DNA from: Terriglobia bacterium
GTDB taxonomy: Bacteria; Acidobacteriota; Polarisedimenticolia; Polarisedimenticolales; JAIQFR01
Reading direction: 5' to 3'
Assembly: GCA_963748015.1 (NCBI GenBank)
Contig: CAVVHE010000008.1
Span: 384,001-448,000, forward strand
DNA: 64,000 bases
The notes below the pieces were generated by a model. The model saw only the letters and a list, made by a program, of their open reading frames with translations. It had not been told where the DNA came from and did no database searches. The translations under genes were made by a program, and so were the position numbers. Shown here piece by piece: positions 40,068 through 51,400 of this stretch; the stretch's first letter is position 1; each line of letters begins with the position of its first letter.

Positions 40068-41710
40068 TCCTTTCTTCTCAGAACGAAGACGCTCTCGGGG
40101 GAGCTGCGGGTCGAGCGCGCGGCGTCGGGACCCCACAGGTAACGTGTCGGCTCGTCCCTGGGGATCTCGACCAGCCCCACGACCTGGTAGTGTTCCGGGA
40201 CGTACGATTCCATCCAGCGCAGGAAGCGCTTGTCCGATTCCGGCCGGGCGAGCCACGACGTGGACACCCGCACCATCACCATGAAGAGCGGCCTCGCCGC
40301 CTCCAGCTCGCGGATCACCTGGTCCTGGAGCTGCCCCGCGTACGGGTGGGGCTCCATCAGCGCGTAGGCGTAGACGTAGCGCGAAGCCGACCGCCGGTGC
40401 GCGTAGAAGTAGATCTGCGGCTCGGAGCCGAGCACCGCGATCCGGTCCTCGGGCGACGAGTTCGCCTCGATGTACTTCGCGATCTCGACCGACTCCTGGA
40501 ACGGGTTGCTCCAGTAGACGGCGCGGGAAACCTGGTTCGGGTCCCACACGAAGAACGGGTCCCGCTGCCGCGCGGCAGCGATCGCCAGGGCAGCCACGGC
40601 GGCGAGGGCCCACGCGATTCGCCAGCCGCGTTCCCGCGGGCGATTCTCCTCCCCGAGACGGAGCGCTGCGATTCCCGCCCCCGCGAGAAGGCCCACGGCC
40701 GGGAACATCACGATGAAGTAATGCTGCCGGAAGAAGAAGCCGGGGCAAATGGCGAGAAAGGAGAAGGCCGCGAGGCCCGCCAGGAAGATCCTCGCGTCCT
40801 TGTCGCGGTGGCGCACGAAGAAGAGCACGGCGCCCGCCGCGGCGAGGACCCAGATCGCCGCGTTCGGCCCGATGGCCTCCGCCGCGTTTTCGAGAAGGAT
40901 GGTAGCGGCATCCGAAAGCGGCACGAGCGAGACGTAGCCGCGTGCGTAGGTGACCGTCCAGAACCAGAAGTTGCCGAACACGCCGGCGGCCGCGAGGTAG
41001 AGGCAGAGCAGGGCGTACGGAGCGACCGCGCCGGCGGAGAACAGGCCGCCCTTCGCGGCCATCGCCCGCCGGCCGTCGTTGCGGGCTCTAGAGAGCACGA
41101 ACAGCAGGCCGAACAGCATCAGTGCGGCCGCCTGCTGCTTCACGAGGAACGCGACGCCGAACGCGAGCCCCGCCAGGACCAGGGCGAGCCGCTCCCTTCG
41201 ACCCGGCCAGAGGATCCCCCAGCACCCGGCCAGCATCGGGAGCACGACGAAGTGGGTCGCGTGCCCGGCGAGCCCGAGCGCCGATGGGCTCAAGGAGAGC
41301 ATCGCGAAGCACGCCGCGGCGACGGCCCCGGCGAGGGGATCGAAGAGCTTCCGCCCGATGGCGAACAGCAGGAGCGCCGACGCGGTGGTCCAGAGGGCCA
41401 GGCCGAGGTGGATGCCGCGCGCCGTCTGTCCGAAAACCGCCATGAGCAGGGCGTACGCGTAGTACGCCCCCGGCAGCTTCATGTTGTCCACCTCGCCGTA
41501 GGGCGCGTGGCCTTCGAGGATCAGCTGCCCCGCGTAGGCGTACTCGCCCTCGTCGCGCTCGAGGGGCAGGTCGAGCAGCCGGACCCGGACCGCGAGGGCG
41601 AGGAGCAGCCCCGCGGCGAGAATGACCCACGGCAGGATGGCTGCGAGGCGCGCGGCGGTTGCGGGCGGGGCGGGGGCCCCCCATTTGGGCTCTCGGGATC
41701 GTGCGCTCAC
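40064..41710 (-). CDS. GT-C fold (ArnT/PMT, family 39-like) membrane glycosyltransferase
   Basis: Many TM helices; LERDEGEYAY and KLPG loop motifs; AFLVKQ; HYF; soluble C-terminal domain. Confidence 0.8.
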   Translation of the reverse strand: MSARSREPKWGAPAPPATAARLAAILPWVILAAGLLLALAVRVRLLDLPLERDEGEYAYAGQLILEGHAPYGEVDNMKLPGAYYAYALLMAVFGQTARGIHLGLALWTTASALLLFAIGRKLFDPLAGAVAAACFAMLSLSPSALGLAGHATHFVVLPMLAGCWGILWPGRRERLALVLAGLAFGVAFLVKQQAAALMLFGLLFVLSRARNDGRRAMAAKGGLFSAGAVAPYALLCLYLAAAGVFGNFWFWTVTYARGYVSLVPLSDAATILLENAAEAIGPNAAIWVLAAAGAVLFFVRHRDKDARIFLAGLAAFSFLAICPGFFFRQHYFIVMFPAVGLLAGAGIAALRLGEENRPRERGWRIAWALAAVAALAIAAARQRDPFFVWDPNQVSRAVYWSNPFQESVEIAKYIEANSSPEDRIAVLGSEPQIYFYAHRRSASRYVYAYALMEPHPYAGQLQDQVIRELEAARPLFMVMVRVSTSWLARPESDKRFLRWMESYVPEHYQVVGLVEIPRDEPTRYLWGPDAARSTRSSPESVFVLRRKD

Positions 41711-41793
41711 GCAGCGATTAGAGACGGTCGGGCGGGGGATGTCAAAGCGCGGGTAGGACGGTTTCCGGGGTAGACTTCGCGGAAGGAGGCCGC

Positions 41794-41928
41794 ATGGCGG
41801 ACCTTAAGCCGAGAGCGAGGTGGCTGCTGGCCGGCACGATCGTCCTCGCCATCCTGGTCTACATCGTCCTCAACTGGCGCGCGGTCTCGGAGCCCCTGTC
41901 GGGAGTCCTCCGCGCGCTGTTCGGGTAG
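41794..41928 (+). CDS. 44-aa single-TM small protein (below the ORF-track cutoff)
   Basis: AAGGAGG RBS; MADLKPRARWLLAGTIVLAILVYIVLNWRAVSEPLSGVLRALFG*; GC-rich third positions. Confidence 0.65.
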   Translation: MADLKPRARWLLAGTIVLAILVYIVLNWRAVSEPLSGVLRALFG

Positions 41929-41961
41929 CCGGGATGCGCGGCCGCGGGTGAGACGGCGCCG

Positions 41962-44406
41962 ATGATCGTCCTCGTGGCGCCGCCGCTCCTTCTCGCAGCG
42001 ATCCTCTTCGGTTCCTGCTGGCTGTGGGCGGGCTTCCACGACCGTCGCCCGGCGGTCCGCCTCCTCGCCGCCCTCACCGGCACGTCGGCGCTGATCGTCG
42101 GGCTCGAGTTGGCACTCGGGATGGCGGGCGCGCTGGCCCCCGTGCCGCTCGCCTCGTCCGCGATCCTCGTCGCCGGGCTCCTCGGCGGAGGCTTCCTCGT
42201 CGCGCGCTCGGCGCGGCGGCCTCGCGCCGGTCCGGAAACGGCCGCGCCGCCGCCGTTCGCCCCGTCGCCGCTCGGCCTCGCCCTCGGCGCCCTCACCGCC
42301 CTCGCGTACCTCTGGCTGCTCTTCGTCGGCGCGCTGGTGCCGCCGTTCGGTTGGGACACGCTGTCCTACCACCTGACCGACGTCTTCCAGCTGGCCGCGA
42401 CCCGCTCGCTCGCCCCCTTTCCCGACCCGAGCCACTCGTTCTACTACCCCAAGGCCGGGGAGCTGCACGCGGCTTGGTTCTACCTCCTGTCCGGGGCGAG
42501 GGAGTCGTCCTGGCGGGTCGCGGGGGTCGCGCTCCTGCCCCTCGCGCTCACGGCGGGGGTCGCGGTCCGTGTCGCCGGCCGCGCGCTCGGGCTCCGCGAG
42601 GCGCTGCCCTGGCTCGCTCCCGCGGTGATGCTGGCGCCGGTCGTGATGATCCAGCCGCTCGCGGGGTACGTGGACACGGCTTTCGCGGCGTTCGTGCTGG
42701 CGGCGTTCGCCTTCGGCCTGCTCGCCGCGGCCGAGGGGCGGTTCGGCCACCTGGCACTCTGCGCGCTGGCGTCGGGGCTCGCCCTCGGCGTCAAGATCTC
42801 CTTTCTCTACTTCGGCCTTCCCGTCCTCCTCGTGATCGCGGCGCCGCGCGCCTGGCGCGGGATCGTCGAGTCGTCGCCGCGCCGCCGTCTCGCTCGCCTC
42901 GCTCTCCTGGCCGTTCTCTTCGGCTGGGGGTGCGCCTACTGGTATGCCCGCAACGCCCTCGCCACCGGGAACCCGTTGTATCCGCACGAGGTGCGGGTGC
43001 TCGGCGTGACGCTCTTCCACGGCCCGGTCGAGATCTGGAAGACGGCGCAGGAGCTCTGGTTCGTCCCGTCGAAGCTGCACTGGCTGCGCTACCCGTTCCT
43101 CGAGACCTTCTTCGGCAAGCCGGCCTACACGCTCGAGAACGGCTTCGGACCGCTGTTCGCGGCGGGGTTCGTCGCGACGGTGCTCGCGCTCGCCGGCATC
43201 GCGCCCGCGCGCGACAACCTCCGGTTCCGGGCGCTCCTCGCCCTGCCCCTCACGGTTCTCTTCTGGCTGGGCGTCAACCCGACGCCGGAGCCGCGGTACG
43301 TGATCGCGTGCTGCGGCTTCGCGTTGCTCGCCCTCGGCATGCTCGCGGACCGCATCGCGGCGCCGGGCGCGGACCGGCGGGACGGAGGCGGCGCGCTCGC
43401 GCTCTTCCGCGGCGCGGTCGTGGCCGCGCTCGTGTTCTCGGCCCTCGGAGGCGCGGCGAGCGCCGCGCCTTCTCTCGGTCCCGTCCTGTCCCGCTGGCGG
43501 GCGGGACGCTGGGAGCCGCAGAGTTACTACCGCACGGCGTTCGGCGCGGCCGGAGAGGCGTTCAACTGGCTGTCGCGCGAGCCGGCCTCGCCGAAGACCG
43601 TGACCTACACGAACGCGAACTTCGCCGCCCCGCTCTTCGGCTGGCACGGCCGCAACCGCGTGGTTTTCGCTAGGACAGACGGCCGCCACGACGCGTGGGG
43701 GGTGTCCTCCGCCGAGACGTACGGCGCCTGGCGGAAGTTCCTGCTCGACCGATCCGTGGACTGGATCGTCGTCTGGATCCCGTGGTGGGGGGAGCGCTGG
43801 CCGCAGCAGGCCGAGGCGTGGATCGAGGAGCACCCGACGGACTTCGCCCTCGCCGCCGAGTTCGCGGGGCGCGCCCGCATCTTCCGTCCCGTCTTCCGCG
43901 AAGGCGAGCGGTTCGACGAGACGGCTCCCGCCCCGGCTCCCGACCTCGCGCGCCTCGACGACCCCGGCGCCTGGGCGCTCGAGTACGCGACCGGCACAAC
44001 GCTGTCGAAGACGTCGGACCCGGCGGGCGGCGTCCGGGTGGAGTACGAGTTCACGACCGCCGGGAACGACTGGGCCGACCTGCGCGCCGGCATCCGCGGA
44101 CGGGACTGGTCCCGGTTCGCCTCCTTATCCTTCTATGTAGAGGCCCCGCGGCAGGGGACTCTGCTGTTCATCTATCTCAAGGGTTCGGACCCGCGGCAGT
44201 GGTGCCGCTGGCGGCTCGACCTCGGCGGACCCGCCGAGATCGCCCGGCAGGTGACTCTCGAGCTCGCGAAGCCGGAGGCTTGCAAGGGCGACTTCGAAGC
44301 CAGGGACGTCGCGGAGCTGCACCTCGTGCTGGACGACGCCACCGACGGCGCCGCCGGCAAGGGGTCGCTGCGGGTCTCGACGTTCCGCCTCGAAGGCGGC
44401 CGTTGA
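41962..44406 (+). CDS. Large polytopic GT-C-like membrane protein with a C-terminal carbohydrate-binding-like domain
   Basis: WDTLSYHL, YVD, GLALGVK, WYARN..ATGNPLYP, PRY; C-terminal beta-rich DWSRFASLSFYV. Confidence 0.65.
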   Translation: MIVLVAPPLLLAAILFGSCWLWAGFHDRRPAVRLLAALTGTSALIVGLELALGMAGALAPVPLASSAILVAGLLGGGFLVARSARRPRAGPETAAPPPFAPSPLGLALGALTALAYLWLLFVGALVPPFGWDTLSYHLTDVFQLAATRSLAPFPDPSHSFYYPKAGELHAAWFYLLSGARESSWRVAGVALLPLALTAGVAVRVAGRALGLREALPWLAPAVMLAPVVMIQPLAGYVDTAFAAFVLAAFAFGLLAAAEGRFGHLALCALASGLALGVKISFLYFGLPVLLVIAAPRAWRGIVESSPRRRLARLALLAVLFGWGCAYWYARNALATGNPLYPHEVRVLGVTLFHGPVEIWKTAQELWFVPSKLHWLRYPFLETFFGKPAYTLENGFGPLFAAGFVATVLALAGIAPARDNLRFRALLALPLTVLFWLGVNPTPEPRYVIACCGFALLALGMLADRIAAPGADRRDGGGALALFRGAVVAALVFSALGGAASAAPSLGPVLSRWRAGRWEPQSYYRTAFGAAGEAFNWLSREPASPKTVTYTNANFAAPLFGWHGRNRVVFARTDGRHDAWGVSSAETYGAWRKFLLDRSVDWIVVWIPWWGERWPQQAEAWIEEHPTDFALAAEFAGRARIFRPVFREGERFDETAPAPAPDLARLDDPGAWALEYATGTTLSKTSDPAGGVRVEYEFTTAGNDWADLRAGIRGRDWSRFASLSFYVEAPRQGTLLFIYLKGSDPRQWCRWRLDLGGPAEIARQVTLELAKPEACKGDFEARDVAELHLVLDDATDGAAGKGSLRVSTFRLEGGR

Positions 44407-44717
44407 CCCGGCGGACGGTCGCTCGTTGCCGCGCACGCAATAAATAAAATAAATTAAGCAACGAAGGCGGCGCCGTTCCGTCGACCGCTCCAGGTTTTGT
44501 GGGAGCGCCGCCCGTTTCCAGCCAGGCGCGGCGTTCTTGCACCGAGAGCTCCGCGCGACCCGTACGCACCGCGCCCCCACCGACCAGAAGCACACTCGGC
44601 GAGCAGCTACGAATCATCCTCCGAACGCAAGAAACCCACATGGGAAGAGGCTTTCCATCGCATGCCGAGATTCGATTCGGCACATTCGCCGACGTCATTG
44701 TCTCAATTGATTTCCTC

Positions 44718-44746
44718 TTGCAATCCTTCCCGCCGTCTCGTATTAG
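44718..44746 (+). promoter_or_regulatory. Possible sigma70 promoter about 670 nt upstream of the giant gene
   Basis: TTGCAA-17 nt-TATTAG in a locally AT-rich patch; -10 element imperfect. Confidence 0.35.
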
Positions 44747-44899
44747 GAACGTAACACTTTTGTGTCAGTCCGAGACGAAAAGGATTATCACGGGTCGTAA
44801 GGAACGAGCGCACGTTACCGAGCGTCCCCGGAGATCGAGGCTCATACCAGGAGAAGAGGCACCACCGCCACCTCGCGGTGAACGGTTTTCGTAGGGCCA

Positions 44900-45400
44900 A
44901 GGGTCATCCGACGGTCCGCGGGGAGGTTCCCGAAAGGAGCTTCCCGAGAATGCAGGTGTCCGAGGGAGCGACGCTGGGGGGCAACCCGGCGCCAGGGTCG
45001 AGTCGAGGAACAGAGGGGGTTTCGTCCTCTCGAGGGGCGGTGTCCGGGGCGCGCCGACGGAGGCGCGAGGAGTAGCTAGCTGCGCGACGCGGGGGGAGAG
45101 ATCCGATTGACCGTGGCACCCGCTCGGGGACAGCCGTGACCCCGGGCTCACCGCCCGGTCACAGCTCGCGATGTCGCGCGATCGCGCGCCGATCCGGGGA
45201 GCGTGCTACACGTTCCCCTTCGTTCCCACCTCGGGCTCTTCCTCGAGTTCCACCGACAGTCGATGACGCCGGCCGCAGGCGGCTCCGCTCCTATGGGGCG
45301 GGGCGAGTCTCTTTTCAATCGCGCTTCGCCGATCAGCAGGCGGTCCTTTCGTGGGACCGCGACGGGCGCGCGCCGGCGCGCCGATCGAAGTCCAAGACCA
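44900..45400 (+). other. Hairpin-dense non-coding leader or candidate structured RNA
   Basis: At least seven stems, several with G-U pairs and GAAA/GCAA/UUCG-type loops on the + strand; no credible ORF. Confidence 0.4.
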
Positions 45401-45420
45401 CCGGGTAGCGGGGGCTCAAC

Positions 45421-48400
45421 ATGGCAAGGAAAACCGTCAGGTCGGTCGCAAACACGTTCGCGCTCATCGTTCTGTCGCTGTCGTTGCTGGGCGCGATCGG
45501 TTTCCCGGGCAGGCACACGCGCGGGGCCCCGTTCCGGCCCCTCGAAGCCGGCCCGGCGCCGGCGTGGAAGCTGCCGAGCGGCCTGACATCCTCGGTGCTT
45601 CCGGCTGCTCCGGCGGCGCCCGTGGTCCCGGTTGCCGTCGCGGGGGCTCCGGCCCTTGCGGCGCCGGCGCCCGAGCCCCCGCCCGAGCCCGCGTTCACTT
45701 CCGCCGGCATCGTCTCCTCGTCGCCGCGGCTGCCCGACAGGCTTCCGTCGGGCCCCGGCGGGGAGCCGCCGCCGGCCCCGATGGCGGGGGAAGCGCTGAC
45801 GCGGACGTTCCAGCAGGGGGACGCGAACGCGTACAGCGGGACGGTGGACACCTACGATGACGTTGCGTTGCCGGCGGCCGACAACTCGGCCGCGGCGCTC
45901 CTCACCGCCGATGGCCCGGCCGGCGCCGCGGACGAACGGCAGGTACTGATCCGCTTCGACAACATCTTCGGCAGCGGCCCGACCCAGATCCCTCCCGGAT
46001 CGACCATCACCTCCGCCACCCTGACCGTCAACGTCTCGAACGCCTACGCGACGACAGACTACGTCCGATTCAACCGGATGAAGCAGGCCTGGAGCGCCAC
46101 CAACTCGTGGAGCACGTTCGGCTCTTCGCCCTGGAACGCCACAGGTGGCATCCAGGCCGACGACCTCGAAGCGGTTGCGGCGGCCGACATCACGACCAAC
46201 AACATCTCGACGGGATCGCAGTCGATCGCGGTCACGACCAGCCTGCAGGCCTGGTCGGCCGATCCGGCGAGCAACTTCGGATGGGTCATACGTTCGGGGG
46301 CTGCCGACTCGCTGGCCTTCGATTCCTCCGAGGTCGCTACCGTCGCGAACCGGCCCAAGCTCAGCGTGACCTTCAACCCGGCGTGTCAATCCGCTGCCGA
46401 CTGTAACGACAACATCGCCTGTACGACCGATACCTGCAACACCGGCACCGGCGTGTGCTCAAACATCGACAGTTGCACGGGCGGCCAGACCTGCAATCCC
46501 GCGAGCGGGGTGTGCGGTGTCCAGGCCATCTTCCGGGACGGTACCGGTACCTACTCCGGTACCCAGGACACGGAGATCGAGCAGGCGAACCCGACGACCG
46601 GCTATGGGTCGGTCGCCGACTGGCGCTGGGATACCGAGACAGGAACCTCCGGCAGCGCGTCGCTGGCCTTTGGCCTCGTTCGATTCGACGGCCTCTTCGG
46701 GTCCAATGCCGGCCAGATCCCGCCGGGTTCCACCGTTCAGTCCGCCACCCTCACGCTGGTCTCCTTCAACTCGACGTCGGGCACCGCGGCCAGCATCAAC
46801 GAGGTGGCCGTCGATTGGCAGGAATCGAGCGTGACGTGGGACACCTTCGGCGGCGACGCGGGGATCCAGTCCGACGAGTACCGCACGAGCCCGGCCTATT
46901 CCGCGCCTCTGTTCACCGGCGCAGCGGAAGGTCCGCCCATCGTGACCGTCACGGCAGGCATCGACGTGACGCAGAGCCTCCAGAACTGGTCGAACAACCC
47001 GGCCTTGAACTTCGGCTGGGTCTTCCGCCCGAACTCGACCGACGGCTGCCGGGTGTACTCCGCCGAGCAGACCACCGTGGCCCAGCGGCCGCTGTTGACC
47101 GTCTGGTACGTGCCTGTCGTAACCTCGTGCGCCACCGACCCCGAGTGCAGCAACGGCCTTTACTGCGACGGCGTCGAGACCTGCCCGGCCGGGACTTGCG
47201 TGGCGGGGATCGCTCCGAGCTGCGCCGACGCGTTCTCGTGCACGACCGACAGCTGCAACGAGGGGACGGATTCCTGCGATCACTCGCCGAACAACGTCGC
47301 GTGCAACGACAGTAACGTCTGCACGGACGACTCGTGCGATCCGGCGAGCGGCGACCCGGTCACAGGGTGCGTTCACCTCAACAACAGCGCGACGTGCACC
47401 GATGGAAACGCCTGCACGGACCCCGACGGCTGCCAGGGGGGGAACTGCATCTCCGGCCCGGCCGTGACCTGCAACGACAACGTCGCGTGCACGACCGACT
47501 CGTGCGTGGCCCCGACGGGCTGCCAGTACGCGGACGGCTGCACCGGCGGGCAAGTCTGCAATCACACGACCGGTATGTGCGAGACGCCGACGGTGCCGCC
47601 GCTCCCGATCAACCTTGGGGAGACATGGAAGTACTTCAAGGGGACGACGGAGCCGCCCTCGACCTGGAAGAACACCACCTTCGACGACGGCGCGTGGCTC
47701 AGCGGCGCGAGCGGGATCGGCTACGGGAACGCCGGTAGCGATTGCGAGGCGCAGCGCGGCACGACCCTCACCGACATGCTCAACTCGTACCCGTCGGTCT
47801 ACATGCGCCGGCAGTTCTACGTGGCGGACCCGGGAGCGATCTACGGTCTCGATCTCACGGTGTACTACGACGATGCGTTCGTCGCCTATCTGAACGGGCA
47901 GGAAGTCGCGCGGAGCGTCACCCCGTCCTCGCCGAACATCACCGGCAATCCGCCGGCATACGACACGGTCCCGAGCCCGGATCACGAGTGCACGGGACCC
48001 GAGACGTTCACGATCGACAAGACGAAGCTCGTCTCCGGCGTCAACGTGATCGCGATCCAGGGGCACAACGGCGGCACGGCGAGCTCGGATTTCATCGTCG
48101 CGCCGAAGCTCGAGGCGACCTCGCCTCCCAACCAGGCGCCCTCGCAGCCCTCGAGCCCCTCGCCCTCCAACAACGCGACCGCCGTGAGCCTGACCCCGGA
48201 TCTGTGCGTGACCGTGTCGGATCCTGAGGCTCAAGCGATGGGCGTGTCCTTCTTTGGTCGCGTGGCGACCGGCGCGGCGCCCCAGGACTTCACCCTCGTC
48301 GTACTGCCGGACCCGCAAGTCACGACGATGTCGTATCCGGACCTCCTCAGGTCCCAGTTCCAGTGGGCCGCGGACAATCGCGCCACTCGGAACATCGTGT

Positions 48401-51400
48401 TCTTCACCGATGTCGGCGACACGACGAACAACGGCGACGAGGCGGGCCAGGAAGGCCAGTGGGTCAACGCGAACAGCGCGTTCGTGCTCCTCGAAAATCC
48501 CGCCACGACCGGCCTGCCGGACGGCATCCCGTTCGGCCTCGCGTTGGGCAACCACGACAACGGCGGTAGCGCGCGCTCCGGGACGGATGAGGGCGCGACG
48601 ACGATCCAGTACACCAAGTACTTCGGCCTGCAACGCTTCTGTCCGGGCACCTGCGCCGTGGGAGGAGCGGCCTGCACCAAGGACGCCGATTGCACGAGCG
48701 GGATCTGCAACCCCGGCTCAACCTGCCGCAGCTACTACGGCGGGCGGTACGACTTCGGCGCTCCCTCGACCTACCCGCGCAACATGGACAACCACTACGA
48801 GCTGTTCACCGCGAGCGGGATGACCTTCGCCGTCTTCCACCTCGAGCTCGACGGCATGGGCTCCGGGTACTCGGCGACCTGCCCCGTGGGCGGAACCTGC
48901 CGGGCGGCCATCCAGTGGATGCACGGCGTTTTGGCGGCCCACCCGGCGTGGCGGGCGATCGTCGTGTCTCATTCGCTGATCGTCCCGAGCGGCGCCGCCA
49001 TGAGCGAACACGGGCAGGCCGTCCTGGACGGCATCAAGGACCTTCCCAACGTCTTCCTGACGCTGAGCGGCCACCTCGACCAGGCGAACCGGCGCACGGA
49101 CCTGGCGAACGACGGCCACAACATCTACCAGCTCGTCCAGGACTACCAGTCCCGATCGTACGGCGGGCGGGGCTGGATGAGACGATTCATCTTCTCGCCG
49201 CAGAACGACACGATCGACGTCGAGACGTTCTCCCCCTGGGTGAACTACCCGAGCACGCCCAAGACGGAAAGCCTGATCGACTCCCACGGCGACAACACCG
49301 CCGGGACCGCCCAGAACCACTTCACGTTGACGTACGACATGGACGCCGGCCTTCCCTTCACGCAGATCGGTTCCACGCAGACGGGTGTTGCGAGCGGTAC
49401 CCAGGTATGCATGTCCTGGCCCGGCCGCGCGATGAACACGACGTACGAGTGGTACGCAACCGCCTCCGACGGAAACTCCTCCGCCGCGAGCCCGTACTGG
49501 CGATTCACGACGGCGACGACGTGCGACGAGGATGCGGACTGCAGCGATCTCCTTTGGTGCAACGGCGCGGAGACCTGCAATCTGGGGACGTCCACCTGCG
49601 TCGCCGGGACGCCTCCGGACTGCGGCGATGCGATCGCATGCACGGCGGACGGCTGCAACGAGGCGACGGACTCGTGCGATCACGTTCCGAATCACGCGAT
49701 GTGCGCCGATTCCTTGGAGTGCACCGACGACAGCTGCGACCTGCTGGCGGGCTGCGTAAACACCCCTGACGACACGAATGCCTGCTCGGACGGCAACGCG
49801 TGCACGGCGCCCGACTCTTGCGTCGCTGGGTCCTGCGTTTCCGGCCCGGCCGTGACCTGCAACGACGGGGTCGCGTGCACCGACGATGCCTGCGTTCCGG
49901 CCACCGGCTGCGAGTACACCGGCAATTGCTCGGTGGGCTGGCGCTGCAACCTTGCGACGGGCGCGTGCGAGGAAGGCTGTGCCGCCGATCCGGACTGCGA
50001 CGACGGCGACGCCTGCACGACCGACACGTGCGATCTCCCGAACGCCGCGGCGCTCGACTTCGACGGCGGCAACGACTACGTGACGATGGGGGCGGCGGCC
50101 GGGGAAACGGCGCTCGGCGCGCGGGCCTTCACGCTGGAAGCGTGGATCAAGCGGGACGGCGCGACCTGGGGCGCCACTACGAGCACGGGGTCGGGAGGCG
50201 TAACGGCGGTCCCGCTGGTCACGAAGGGCCGGGGCGAGTCCGACACCGGCAATCTCAACTGCAACTACTTCCTCGGGATCACGGCGGCGGGCGTTCCGGT
50301 CGCCGACTTCGAGCAGCACGGGGCCGCCGGCGGGTGGGCCGATGGACAGAATCACCCGGCCTGCGGAACCGGGACGATCACGGACCAGAACTGGCACCAC
50401 GTCGCCGTGACCTACAGCACGACCGACGGATGGCGGATCTACCTCGACGGTGTCGAGGGCACCGCGGCGGACGGGACGGGCTGCACGACCTGCAGTCCAG
50501 CGGGTTCCTGCCCCAGGAGCCCGGGCGTGTTGCCGGAGTACGACAGCATCCAGCATTTCGGTCTCGGTACGGCGATGAACTCCAGCGGGACTCCCGAGGG
50601 GTACTTCGCGGGGATGATGGACGAAGCCCGCGTGTGGAACCTGGCCCTCGCCCAGTCCGACATCCAGGCGAACATGCACTCCGCGCTGATCGCCGGCACG
50701 GGCCTCGTCGGCCGCTGGGGTCTCGAGGAGGGAAACGGGACGGCAGCCGCCGACTCGACGACTCCCGCCCAGAACGGCACGCTCACGAACGGCCCGCTGT
50801 GGATCGCGACGGACCTGCCGGCCCTGGGGGACGGCACGTGCGCGCACACGACGGTCCCGGGGTGCTGCAATACGGATCTCGAGTGCGATGACTCGGTTCC
50901 ATGCACGACCGATTCCTGCAATCTCGTGTCGCACACCTGCGTGAACGCTCCCCCGATCGGATTCTGCTGCGTGGCCGCGGACTGCGCCGACGCGAATCCC
51001 TGCACGGATGACGCCTGCGTCGACACCGTGTGCGTCAACACGAACAACACGGCCTCGTGCAACGACGGCAACGCGTGCACGACGGCGGACGTGTGCTCGA
51101 ACGGGACATGCGCCGGCACCACCGTCAGCTGCGACGACGGGAACGTCTGCACGGACGACAGCTGCGTTCCGGCGACCGGCTGCGCTCACGCGAACAACGC
51201 CGCCGCGTGCGACGACACGAACGCCTGCACGACCGCGGACGCTTGTTCCGGCGGAGCGTGCGACGGCGAGTACGTTCCTTGGCCGGGCTGCTGCTCGACG
51301 AACGCGCACTGTGACGACGGGAACGGGGGAACGGCGGACGTCTGCACGGCCGGTACGTGCAGCAACACGCCGACCTGCACGACCAACGAGCAGTGCGCCG

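Noticed and set aside
44860..44910. c-di-AMP (ydaO) riboswitch hint GGTGAA...GTAGGG
   Set aside because: The GGGGAACCA and CCCG.CAGCTAAC elements are missing
44499..45408. Short ORFs in the 1-kb intergenic region
   Set aside because: No good RBS/start combination, atypical codon usage, no motifs
45335..45415. c-di-GMP-I riboswitch hint (GGTAGCGGG)
   Set aside because: No GGCAAAC...GAAA...GACGCAAA core upstream
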